This document shows, piece after piece, positions 35,581 through 49,700 of a stretch of DNA of 64,000 nt. Position numbers and translations under genes: made by a program. The notes beneath the pieces are model-generated. The model had not been told where the DNA came from, did no database searches, and saw nothing but the letters and a program-made list of their open reading frames with translations. The stretch is from the NCBI GenBank assembly GCA_016748015.1, contig JAAOMT010000586.1, positions 310,001 through 374,000 on the forward strand, in the 5' to 3' direction. Source of the stretch: Geosiphon pyriformis uo1. Lineage: Eukaryota > Fungi > Glomeromycota. The stretch's first letter is position 1; each line of letters begins with the position of its first letter.

Positions 35581-38500
35581 CCAGTCAATTTACACCTATT
35601 GCAAGCAGAGATTCAACATTCCAGATGGAATTGAAATTGTTAAGAAGACACTTTATCAGTATATTGAAAACTGCATTAACAATTATTTTCTTAAAAATTA
35701 CAACATTTCAGAAGTTAGAAGCAACTTCTACAAAATTTAATGCACTATTCACAATTGAAAACTGAAGACCTTAACAGTGAAACACTTGGCACCTACTTTC
35801 AAGAACTTAATTTCAACATTATCTAATATTGTGAAAAAAATATTCAGTACAGTCTAAATACACTATCAATTTTAAATCAGAAACAGAAACAAGCAACAAA
35901 GACAAACAAAAACTAAAGCAACATTTAAGCACCACCCCAAACACTTCAAAGACACCAAAAATAACTGCCAAACACTTGCAAACTCCAGAACAAGGAACCA
36001 GCACCAGACTTTTACTCTCAGTCATACCATTTCTAATTTTACTTGCTTAACCACAAACACCAAATTCACCACTTATCTATTTCTCAAAACCAGAAGATTT
36101 TTAGTCACTCAAAAGTCTTACTTAACAGCAGAAACTTATATCAATCAGCACTAATATTATTGATTACTTACAAAAAAAACAAAAGTAATTATTCAGAGAA
36201 CTTAGAAAGTGAAAAAACTGAATCAGAACAAGAAAAAACTACAGAAAACAAAAAAAAATGGCAACTGCTTATATTGCAAAAATTCCAGAATTTACTGGTA
36301 AAAATAATGATACTAGTCCACAAGAATGACTTGACAAAGTCCAGAAAGCAGGAGATGTAAATGAATAAAATGCAGCAAAAATGCTTAAAACAATTCTCTA
36401 CTTTCTCTAAAGAACAGCAAGAAAATGATTTGAAAACTTGAATGCACTCTTTGAAAACTGGCAAGCATTCAAAGATGCTTTTTTACAACAATTCACTAAC
36501 AACAACACATCTATTATCTTCTGAAATTAGTTCCAGAATATCAAACAAGAACCAAGTAAATTAGTCATAACCTATCTAAAGAAGTTCAACAAACTTCTCA
36601 GAAGAATTCACCAGTTGGAAACCAATAAATACTACTCTGATGCCCAAATCTTAAATCAATTCATTGCTGGATTAAAAGATAAACTCATAAAAAAAGTGCA
36701 TCCACATTTACCTGAAGATTTGGCCACTGCTATACAACATGCAAAAAATTATGAAATGGCTATAAAAGAAGCTAACCACACAAAACTTGTGAATCTTGCT
36801 ATTAGAGAAACCAGCTCAGCAGCTGAAAAAAAAATTGACCAATTCACAAAGAAGATTGAAAACTATTTTACCAACCAACAACAGCAACAACAAACATAAA
36901 AATATTAGCCACCATAACAACAAAACCAAAACAACTACCTATCATTATCCAACAGTTAAAACCAAAGTTGTCACTATTGTGAAATTCCAGGATATTGGAA
37001 ACAAGACTACAAAAAGCTACAAAAAGACCAACAAAACAGGAGTAATTAACATTACTCCTCAACACAGCAATCTTATTATCAGCCTCTACCACCTATCTAC
37101 TATTCCCCAAGACCCCAACAGCAAAACAGTTACTATCAATTTTCTTCCCAGCAATCATATCAACAATCTCCATCAATCCAATAATATCAACAGCCACTTA
37201 CACAACAATATCAAGTATCTGCTCAAAGATTGGTTCAACAAAACCAATTCACATCCCAAAATTAATTTCATAATAATAACAACAGAATTAACTTAAACAA
37301 CCAGTTAGTTTTCTAAAATTCTGGTCAGCAAAAACTCAATCACTATCACACTCAACCCAGTTATCTCACAATGTCTGAAAAATCAAATTTTCAATAAACT
37401 GCACTTTTTGAAGGTAAAGTTGTAGCACCAAGATCAAACACTTCCAACAATATTATTTCACCAGCCCAAATTGCCCAAAATGCCAATTTTTTAGATATAT
37501 TTCCGTTCGAATTTGAAGCAAATAAATCACCATTCTTGCTTAGCAATGCAGTAGTCAATGAACAAAAAGCAATTACAGCTATGTATACTAAAACTGAAGT
37601 AGAAAAAAAACCCATTTGGTTAATTCTAGACAATAGATTAGCTGAAAGTATTATCATCTACCAATTAATACAACAACTTCAATAAACTGTTAACAGACTT
37701 GCCCAGACAGTCATTGTCACAGCAGATAATATAAAAAAAACACCAGTAGGAGAAATTGACAATTTCTCATTTATCATTAATGGAATTACCATTCCAGTCA
37801 AAGTTCTAGTCATGAATACACCACAATACTAAGCTCTTATAAGAAATAATTGGCTTCTTAAGACCAATGCAAATTTAGATTGGAAAATCCAAGAATTGAA
37901 GATTTTATACCAAGAACAATATACCAGAGTACCTGCTATTTGTGATACTTTTAATAAACAATCTGAAAAAGCCCCAGTACTCGAATTTAAAAAGGAGAAA
38001 AAACTACCAATCACTAAAACCTTTATGGCTCTTAAATCATCATTTAACTAGGCTGAGGAAACAGAACAAAAAATCTTTGAGAAAACCAGAAGATGGAATG
38101 TAATTAGATATTCTACATCTGGGAATTAACTGAATTCAACTATAAAGATGAAGTAGAAACATACCACCAAATTGCAAATCACATTTATCTAATTCAAAAA
38201 GCTCAAATTCAATGATTAGAGCAGATAAACATTCAATTGTATAAAGAATATATCATGCCTTGTGATGACAAATGGTGTCCAAAATGCTATGCTCTTAGTA
38301 TCTTTTTACCCAACAAAGATGACCAGGAGAAAATTGAGTTTGGAGAACATAAACCAGAAGAAAAAATTACAACAACTCCAATTTATTCTACTAAAAACCA
38401 GTCTGCTATACAACTTAAATACTTTGATAACAATGAAAAAAGAATAAAACCAGAAAAAGTCCATAAAATTGATGTAGAATATGACCTAAGATATCCTGGC

Positions 38501-41500
38501 AAAGACATTTTAGTTTTTCAACCAAAATTCTTAACTAAAATTAACTTCAGAATTACTCTTGAAATACCACCAGAAGCAATGATACAAATTGCTTCTTAAT
38601 CATTATTGACAAGCAAAAAAATTAATATCAGAGGAAGAATTATAGATGCAAGATATACTGAAGATATTACAATTATGCTACAGAATAAAACTAACAATCT
38701 GTTCAAAATTGAACATGCTAAAAAGATTGCTCAAGCAATTTATCTACTCTTAATTAACATTTCGGGTTTACAATCAGTAAACAACAGAAAACAATTAGGA
38801 AAAAGTGAAAAAAGAACTCAAGATTTTGGTACAACTGGATGATTTACAGTTCCAGTAAACATAGCTCTCAATACACAAAATGAAATTCACCAAATTTTTC
38901 AACTTTCCCAACCAATTACCATTTCACTTTTTGGAAAACATCACAAAATCTACACTTGCTCAAAACCCACCACTACCCAACAAATCTTTGAATCCAATAA
39001 ACAAATCTGTTTAAAGCATGAAATCTCAATTCCAAATGTTTATATTCCCAAAAGAATGAAAAAATTTTGAGTTACATTCTACAATCCCAATAATTATTCT
39101 ATTGTCCTATTAAATAAATTAGAGATTAGAATTATACACAACAACATCTTTCAAGAGGAAAATCCTCAAATTGTCTCTAATTTTATTAAAATTGTAAGAC
39201 ATATCCTACTTCCCAATTCAAACATCATCCCTACTACTGAAAGCTATTATCTTTTGGAAGAAAAACTCTCTTGAATCAACATGGATCTCTTAGAACCCCA
39301 ACAACAAAGACAATTGAAACAGTTAATAGCTGAATTTGCTAACATATTTGCAAAAAACAACAATGATCTTGAAAAAATTGATATTGTTTAACATTAAATC
39401 CATACAAGAAATGCTCCATCAAAATAACAACAAGCCTATTAAGTTTCATTTGTTAGTTACCAATTTATCAAAAAAAAGGTCCAAAAAATGCTCAATAACG
39501 GATTGATTTAACTATCAAAAAGTTTATGGGTCTTACCAGTAGTTCTGGTTAAAAAAAAAATAGAAAAATCAGATTTTGTGTTGACTATTGCCAACTGAAC
39601 AATGTAACAATTGGAGATGCTTATTCTCTTCCAAGAATTGATAACATGTTAGATGCTTTAGGAAAAGCTAAGTTCTTTTCAACTTTAGACTTAGAAAGTG
39701 AATACTAACAAGTCGAAATAAACCCAAAAGATCAACTCAAAACAGCATTTACCATTCAAGAAGGAAACTATGAGTTTAATGTTATGCTGTTTGGACTTTG
39801 CAACATACCAGCAACATTTCAGCAACTTATAAATGTTGTATATGAAGAACTTTTGTGACAATTAGTAGTTGTCTATCTGGATAATATTAATGTATTTATT
39901 AAGCTTTGAAGCCTATTTTATCTATCTGTAAGAAGTTTTTCAATGATTATGGAAAGCAGAATTAAAATTGAATATTGAAAAATGTCACTTTGAAAAAACA
40001 AGTCTAATTTTTTTTAGATACATAGTTAGCAAAGATAGAATTAAACCAAATCCTAGAACAATTAGTGCTGTCAAAAACTTTTAAACTTCCAAAAATACTA
40101 CAAAGCTATGAAGATTTGTGAAATTAGCCTCTTATTATCAAAAATTTATAAAAGAATTCTTAGAAATTGCCAAACCTCTCAATTACCTTACTAACAAAAA
40201 CATGCCATATAAATAGACTGAAGAACAGCAGAAAGCTTTTGAAACTCTTAAAACAAAATTAACAACAGCCCCAGTTTTTGCTTATCTAAACTTTAACAAA
40301 TAGTTCCAACTAGCCACTAATGCTTTACACATAGCATTTGGTGCCATCCTATTACAATTGGATGAAAATAACCAGAAACAAATCATTGTTTATGCTAGTA
40401 AAACACTCAAACCAACAGAACTCAAATATGGCTCAACTGAATTAGAAGCTGCCACAGTCATTTGGGCTCTTAAACACTTTCAACAATACCTGAAGAATGA
40501 AAAAAAATTTAATATCATAACTGAAAATATTGGTCTCAAATGGCTCAACAAAAAAAAACTGAACAAAGTACCAAACAGTCTCAATGGAATGACTTCCTAG
40601 CAGACTACAAATATATTATATACCACAAATCAGGAAAACTACACACCAATGTTGACAGCCTCTCAAGAATGAGACAAAATTAATACCAACAACAATTCTA
40701 TTACAACTTACCAACCTACCAATAAAATAACAAAACAACAATAGATTCCAGAAATTACAACAACTTTAAAAACTATTTGGAGACTTTTATCATGCCAAAA
40801 AATTGGTCTTCAAGTGAAAAACATCGATTACAACACCAATTAAAACAATATTTCATATACTATAACAAAATTTATTATAAAAATTGCAGAAATCCAAACC
40901 AATCACTCAGATTAATACAAGAAAATGAAAAAGAAACAATTCTATACAACATGTACACAGATTTTTCTTTAGCACACTTGGGAAGAAATAGAACAATTCA
41001 AAGAACTTTTGAACATTACTTTTGGTTTCATATGCAAAAAGACATTCAACAATATATAGAATCTTGTGATAGTTGTCAAAGAAAAGAAAAAACTTGTCTC
41101 ACAGAATCTTTAAATTCAATCAAAGTTGAACAATCTTTTGACAAAGTTGGAATTGATTTAGTCAGACCATTATCTATTACAACCCAAGAAAATTGTTATA
41201 TTGCAGTTGCAGTAGATTATCTTACCAAATGGCCTGAAGCTAGAGCCATCCAAAGAGCAGATACAAAATCAGTAGCAAATTTTATCTATAAAGACATTAT
41301 TTGTAGACATGAATGCCTAATTGAACTCTTATCTGATCAAGAAACACATTTTGTGAACAACTTAATACAAAAAATTTGTGAACAATTTAATGTCAAAAGA
41401 CCTCTATCATCACTTTATCATTCTCAAACAAATAGATTTGTAGAATGTTTCAACAGAACATTGTGTGAATTTTTAGCCAAAGTCTTAACAAATTTTTAGC

Positions 41501-43759
41501 AGGAATGGAATATCTTTATTCCATTAGTGTTACTAGCATACAGAACACTAAAACAAGATACTATAAAACACATATCATTTGATCTTACTTATGGAAAGAT
41601 AGCAATATTATTAATTAATTTCACAATGGAAACATACTCAATACAACAAATCAATGAAAAAAACTTTCAAAAAACACTCCAAAAAAGAGCCTATACTCTT
41701 TTTAATACATTAGAAGAAAAAAAATAGATAGCAGCAACTCATATTAAACACTTCCAAACCTAACAAAAAAAAAGACATGACAACAAATTGCCACCAGTTA
41801 CCAACAAATTTAAAGTTGGAAATAAAGTTTTCTTACACAGAATTAAGACTGAAAAACAATGGAGTGGAAAATTTGAAAACACATAGAATAGACTATTTTA
41901 TATTCATAAAATTTTAGACAATAAATCATACAAGTTAAAACTTGATGACAAAGTACTAGCAAAAGTTGCACATAGAGATTGATTGAAACACTATTATTCC
42001 AGAAACAATCCTAAACCATTAATTCTACAAATTGGCACACATTTTCTTTTAATTAATTCTAAAGATATTCTCTAAAATTTAGAACCAATAATTATAATAG
42101 AACAACAACCAAACTTGAATACTTAATTCAATATATTTTTACAATAATCCTTTTAATAACACACAAAAACAAAAAACAAAAATAGTAAATAATTACAAGA
42201 AACACCCAAACCCAAAAACAAATAAAAACTCTATACCCAAAAATTATTTTTTTTATTTTTTTTTTATTAGTTAGTTATTTTTATCATGATTATTTCTCAA
42301 AATATTCAACAAATATCCCAAAAATTAATGTTAGTCTTGAAAATACTTCCTGACTTATTCATAATGATTAATGAAAATCAAATTAATTACATTCAGAAAG
42401 AAACCACAGTCCCAGTAGTAAATAATTTTCAGAATTATCATTTCTATAAAAAAAAACAAGAAGTTACTCTGAAAATCAATTACCAGAACTTTTGAAGTAA
42501 GCTTTAAAAGAAAACCTCTTATTTGCTCCTATTGACATTTCACCAAATGTCACAATTTAACAAAAACTTCTACTATTCCTCAATGAACAAACAATAAACA
42601 TACTCTTATCTATAGATATTTTCAGATTGGAAAAACACTTTATGAACAAAAACTGGAACTTAAAACAACAAACCTCACTTCTAAAGCTATATAAAAACAA
42701 ATTCACAATAAATTTAAGACAGCAGCTGGACCAATAAACATTTGCTACAAACTTAGAACAGCATTCAGACTTTATAATTTATTCAATACTTGTGAAAATG
42801 TCCTACAAAATTCAATACTTTATCCAATGAAAATACAATACATTGGAAAGCTCACAAAACTGAAATTTTAACAATTTTCAGACCAAATCACTTCAATTAT
42901 TTTGGACTACTATCTTGATATTACAAATAGTGCTTGGACTTTAACAGAGCTCAGTCTTGAGGAGGAGATTATGTTACCAGCAGAATTTTAGCTATTAATT
43001 AACATAAAATTACTTTCATAATTCCAATTATTAATTAGCATATATTATTATTATTTTGATTCTCACTTATTATTCAATCAAATTATCAAATATTATTCCT
43101 CAATTAATAATTTGATTTGTACCATAGAAATTAAGATAATCAAATTACACAATACCCTGAACCATTTAATATAGTTAAAATTCGCCGAAATTAATGAAAA
43201 TTGGCCGAAATAATCAATAGTTCAGTGAAATAACTTGTAGTTTGCTGAAATGCATCTTTAGTTTACCAAAATTAAAGCAAAGAGAAAAGTACAAGTTCAA
43301 AGACTAGTATTACAACTAGTTGTATAAAAGAAGAGCTTTTTTCTTCAAGAAAATATATTTTTTTATAGTATCTTATCATAGTATTTTACTTTAGATATCT
43401 TAATTAAAACAAATCATCTTTTACATATCTCAAATAAAAATTAAATATTCGAAAACCAAATTTTTTAAATTATTATACTTGAAATTCTCTTAACACAACT
43501 AACATTTTGAAATTGATTAGCTACCAATTTCAGTAATCTGTTAGTGACTTCAGGCCTGGATAGAAAACGTTTTCTTTGATAAAATTCTATTTTTTTTATT
43601 TTTCTTTTATTTTTCTTTATTTTTCTTATTATAATCATTAGGGTAGTCTACAGCCAAGATTTCTGTAAAAGAGTTGACTTTTACAGCAAAGTAACTACAC
43701 ATTTTTAGTGAGCTTCCAGACAAACAATTCCTAAGAAAGAGTTGATGTTTACTACAACA
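35581..43759 (+). mobile_element. Ty3/Gypsy element C (degenerate): gag - PR - Cys motif - dUTPase - RT - RNase H - IN - ORF3 - PPT - 3' LTR
   Basis: gag (QILNQFIAGLK; knuckle CHYCEIPGYWK at about 36969), PR (LILDNRLAES at about 37620), dUTPase 38461-38842, RT (RFCVDYCQLN, YLDN at 39874), RNase H (VYASKTL, ELEAA), IN (HHCC relic, GIDL, SDQ, VECFN), PPT GAGGAGGAG at 42959-42967. Confidence 0.93.
42972..43759 (+). repeat. 3' LTR of element C (family B, about 788 bp)
   Basis: TGTTAC...CAACA termini, preceded by a polypurine tract; homologous to 34827-35580 (inverted). Confidence 0.85.
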
Positions 43760-46700
43760 TAACTATACAAAGTAACTGGTATGGAATTGGTCATTCTACT
43801 TATAAGCTCAGCAGTTCAAATTATAGAAGATAATTTGAAGATAAATTCAGTTATTAGAGATTCAACTGCTTCCAGAAAAATGTAAAATTAGCAACAGATA
43901 AACATTAATAACATTCAAGAAAAAAGACCAAAAACCTCCAGTAACACCACTTATCTTGGATGGTTTAATCAAATTTTTTGACAAATACAGGCAATTGAAC
44001 AAGATTATTATACCACAAAACAAATTTTTAACCAATTTATTAAGAAATTAAAAAGCAACATCCTATGATTTATAAGATCCAGCCACTTAACTAACTTGCA
44101 AAAAACAATTACTTTTGTCTATAATATTGAATTAACAAAACAAGAAGCCAATTATACTTAAGTTATTAATTTGGCTATGAATAAAATCTTTAATATTAAC
44201 ACAAAACTTATTTAATTAAGTAAAAAATTAATTCAGAAAATTAAGAAATTTTTGGCCAAAACTGCAAAACCCTATTAGTCATTACAACAAAAGAACAACA
44301 TTAATAAATATTAACAACAGCAGAATTAACAACAACAACAACAACTCTTAAAATTAGATTCTCATAATTGTTACTACTGTTAAAAATTCAGATATATTGT
44401 CAAAGATTGCCAAAAAAAAGTCACAGACCAAAACTAAAAAAACCAATATTAATAACAACTGAGATATTTTCAAGCCATAAAACCCCAATATTTAGCATCT
44501 TAATATTAACCATTATAGTATTTACATTAATTACTCCAGAATTACTATTAGCAATCACAAGCAATGGCACAAACAATGTTTTAGTACTAAGTTCCTATAT
44601 ATAACCATTTCAGATCTTAAGTAATTAACTATAATTAAGAATGGTGAAACACCAGTGGAAATTAGACACAACTTATTAGCAGATCATTTTGACCAGTAAA
44701 TCATAACAACATATCATTTTAAACAGCACAAACTGGATATTTAAACCAGATCTTGTATCTGGGTTTTACAGAAATTCTGAATTTTGGTAATATTACACTT
44801 TTAGAAAAGAAAAATGTAATCAAAATTATCAATTCTTCTACTTGGAACACAAATCTGTTTACAAATATAATTCTATCTACCACAATTACTGAAGATAATA
44901 CTCTTGTTACTATATTTCTATTTGATATTAATAATCTGAACATTATTAATTTTTTTAGCAAAACTGTTATTAATTAAGATAAGCCAATTATGGCAATGTA
45001 TACCAATGCCAGAATAGAATAATTAAACATTAAATTAATATTCAACAGCAGATCTATAGGCAGCATAATTATAAAACAATTCATGAATTAACTAGGTTAT
45101 TAAGTAAATTGTGCAGCCATAGCTAGAATAATTACTGTAAATAAAAATACTAAAACACTAATAAAAGAGATTAACAATTTTTTTTTCGAAATCTACAGCA
45201 TCAGCATTTCAACAAAAGTATTTGTTATAAAAGCCACTTAATACTAAGTCTTAGTCAAAAATAATTGGTTATTTAAAGCTCACATTATATTAAATTAGAA
45301 TACACAAAAACTTCAAATTATCTTAATAAACAATATATTAGAGTACCCACCATATATAAACACTTTAAAACAGTAGTCTCAGAATAATTCCTAATCAAAT
45401 TCAAAAAACTTACCTCCCAACCAATCTTAGAAACCTATTAAGTTTCTTGAACTAATAATTTTCGGACAGAGCTACTACTATCTCTTACATAAGAAGAAAA
45501 AAGTAAAGAAAGAGCTAATAAAAAACCCCAGAAATTACTATTAATCTACTTAATCTTGAATCAATAGAATTAATTATATTGATCTTTAAAATTAATTTGT
45601 GTTAATTATGGAAAAAAGTTATCTTTAATAGACACTTGTATTGAAGATAATAAAATATGGCCCATTGTCACCAAATATTATTGCCAATCTTATGTATTAG
45701 AATAATTTGGACAACTAAAATAACAAGACAAATAAGACAATATATTATGTCTTATATGTGGTAAAATCTTACTAAATGAAAAATTATGGAATAATGTTTT
45801 TGACAAAAGAGAAACATGTAATAAATTCTGTCAGTATACTATTTTAATTAATAACTGGACATAAAAAAAAACTTCATTTGTCATAGTTTATAGTTAAGCA
45901 ATAAACTGACTAGATTTATATCCTTATAATAATAATAAAATTTGGAACATAACCACAGCAAAATAGAAGAGCACCATAACTAAAGAAATACATACCATAA
46001 AAAATGCCTTAATAACAATCAAAAAAATGGATAATTTATTTACAGATAACTCTGAAACATTCCAAAACCAGTATTAAAAACTTGTTCCTATTCAAAAAAA
46101 ACAAAAACAGAAACTAGCAAACTTCAATACAAAACTGTGCAATTATTGCTTGATTTTTTGCTATTTTTAGTACTGCAATAAATGTAATCTCTTGTTTAAT
46201 TCATTTTTAAAAACACTATATTCTATTATCAAACTATTAAAACTTAAGAAAAAATATGAGTTTATTGCTAAGAGCATGTTATTTTAAGAGCCAAATAAGA
46301 CTACTAAACTAAAATAGTATTTTGCCTATTCTAATTTCTCTAAGGAATTAGAACTAAAATAGTATAGTGGTAACAATAAAGAAATATGTCATAAAAAAAC
46401 ACATAAAAACAATGCTAAATTTGATTTAAAATATTTTAGACAATTCTCTGTAGTTATAGTTCCATATTCTTTTGTAAAAATAGATCTTAAAATAGCTTTA
46501 GAAATTCTTATTAGTATTATAATTTAAGTTGCCTTTTGATCTAGCTTTACAAAGAAAAAAATTAACATAAAAGATGGTATTATTAATTTGAAATATACAG
46601 AAAACATTATTGTAATGTTACAAAACAATTCTGATAAACTATATATAATTAAATCACAAAAAAAAATTGTTCAAGCTATCTTCTTGCTTTTTGTAAAAAT

Positions 46701-49700
46701 ATTCCAATTAACTTTAGTAACTGTACATAAAAAATTAAACCTTACAGCTCAAAAAATTAAAGAGTTTAGATTAAGTAAAAGAGAAAACATATCAGTTAAT
46801 TTCATAAAAAAAAATAGTAACAAAATATAACTTATTTATACTAACATAGTTATTTCCATTCCCTTATATTAATAGTACATTCTAAAAGTAGATCAGAAAA
46901 TTTAAAATCAGGTTCTATTATTCGAAATTGACCCAAAAATCTATTTTCTAATCAATATTACTAACTTATATATACTTATTAAAGCTCACAAATATTTCAA
47001 AATTTCTATTTAAAATTTTACTAAAGATGTTATTAAGATTCTTAAAAAAACTTTTATTGGTTTTATTACTATAAACATTTAGAATCTTAAGAAACTCCAG
47101 CCTATTTCAAACTTTGCACAATTGTTCTTATTTTGTAATATTATTTTACAAGTATAAAATTTGTTAAAAAAAAGTTATTTGTTTACATCAAAAGAAATTG
47201 CTAAACTAAACCTGAGAAACTTAAGTACATTACAACAGAAATAACTCTCCTAAGTAACAATTTGATTAAACAAGAAGTACAATAAATACTAGATAATAAT
47301 TAATTAAAAAATTATTAAGTTTTTGGTTTTTTTTAATCATATTGGTTATTAAAAAAAATGAGAAAATACAGTTTTGCATAGACTACCAAAAGCTTAACAA
47401 TATTACTTGAAGAAATAGCTACTTGATCTCCCTTATTCAAAAAATTCTGAATAATTTAGAAAATAAAAAATAGTTCTTATTATTGGATCTAACCAGTAAA
47501 TATTGGCAAATCGAAATAAACTTCAAGAACAAAAAAAACAGCATTTATTATATGAGATAGAAATTTCAAATTTAATGTAATGTTCTTTGGACTTTGTAAT
47601 GCTTTTACTATCTTTCAGTGTCTCATAAATATTATATATATAAAAATTCTTTAAAAATTAGTTATAATATACTTAGACAATATCAATATATTTTTTAAAA
47701 CATTTAATAATTATTTGCTCTACTTTTAACAAGTTTTTGATTGCCTTTAGAATACCAAACTCAAACTTAATTCAGATAAATACTTCTTTAGGAAGACTAA
47801 ATTAAAATTTTTGGAACATATAATAGGCAAAAACAAAGTAAAGGTTAATTCAAACAAAGTTCAAAAAGTTAAAAATTTTCTGGTTCTGATCAATCTATAA
47901 AAACTAAAAGAATTTTTAAAACTGGCTGAATATTATTGCAGATTTATTAAAAATTTTTCAAACATCACAAAACCATTTTATTACTTGCTGTTAAAATATG
48001 TTTCATATTTATAGAGAAAAAAACAGCAAAAAACTTTTAACTATCTTAAACTATACTTAATAAAAGCATCAATATTGATTTATTTAAACTTTAATAAACA
48101 TTTTATCATTGTTACAGATGCTTTAAAAAATACACTAGAAGCTGTTCTATCTCAAATTGAACTGAACAATTAAGAACATTTAATTACTTATACTAGTTGC
48201 AGTACTAATTTAATAAAGAAAATATACAGTGCAACAAATTTGAAATGTCTTACTATTTACTAAGCAGTACAAAATTAAAAACACTACTTTCACTAACTAT
48301 TTGATCTATATACCAATTACAAAAAACTTATTTGGTTACTCAACAAGCCACAATTAAAAAAAAAATATACATAATAGAGTACTTATATACAACAATTCTC
48401 ATACAAAGTTTATTATAAAAAAAAATTCAAAAACACTAATGTCAACAGTTTGTTAAGAATAATACAAGTTTAATCTCGGATTTATAAACACAACCACTTA
48501 TTAATAATTATACCAGTATTTATTAACACTTTAATTCAAGGAAAAATTATCTTAACAGAAACAAAATATTATACAGAAACAAGTTTATAATAACTTTATT
48601 CAGAACAATTAATTATATTATTACCAATACTGAAACTATACTACTTTATAACAAGTTATAAAAAATAGTGAAAAAAAAACTGTTTTGCATAGTATACATT
48701 TTGATTCAATTACAAAACATTTTAACAAAGACACTACTTTAGAAAAAACAATAAATCTATATTATTGGCTAATAATATATAAAAATATTTTTAAATACAT
48801 TATTAACTGTAACTTATGCCAATAAAAAAAAACCAAAACCATAGAATCACTTTAACCCATTTCAATTGGAAATTTATTTGATAGAATTGAAATTGATTTG
48901 GTTGGTTCTCTCTCAATTACATTCAAAAAAAATTGTTATATTACTGTAACTGTAGACTATTTTACCAAATAGCCTGAAATCAAAGCTATTTTAGTAGTTA
49001 ATGCTAAAACAATAACCAAATTTGTGCATTAAGATCTGATTTGCCAACATAAATGCCTGAAAAAATTATTATCCAACTAAGAAACTTATTTTGTCAATAG
49101 TACATTAACCAAACTAAACCAATAATTTAGAATAAAGTAACTATTATTATTGTTATATTATCCACAAATAAATAGACTAATAAAACAATTTAATTAAATA
49201 TTATGTAAAGCATTAGCAAAAATAAGTTACAAAAATGCACAAAAATAGGACTTATTTATATTTCTGTATTATTTGCATATTAAACACTAAAGCAAAATAC
49301 TATTTAGTTTACATTATTTGAATTAGTTTATAAAAGACAAGCCATTTTACTTATTGAACAAAAAATATCTTCTTTCTTAACAAAATCAATTACTGAAAAA
49401 AATTTTAAAGCCATCTTATATTAGAAAATATACCAGTTAAGAAAAACATTAAAAAACAATCATAGAACAACAGCTGACAATATTAGTAATACTTAAAAAT
49501 AACAGAAATCAAGACATAATAATTGTCTATTTGACCAACTAACTGAATTTAAGATTGAAAACAGAGTATTGTTATATTGTATTAAAGCTGAAAAATAGTG
49601 GAATAAAAAGTTTGACCCAAAATAAAACAGATTATTTTATATACACAAAGTTTTAAGCAATAAAGCATACAAATTATAATTAAAAAACAAAATTTTAAAA

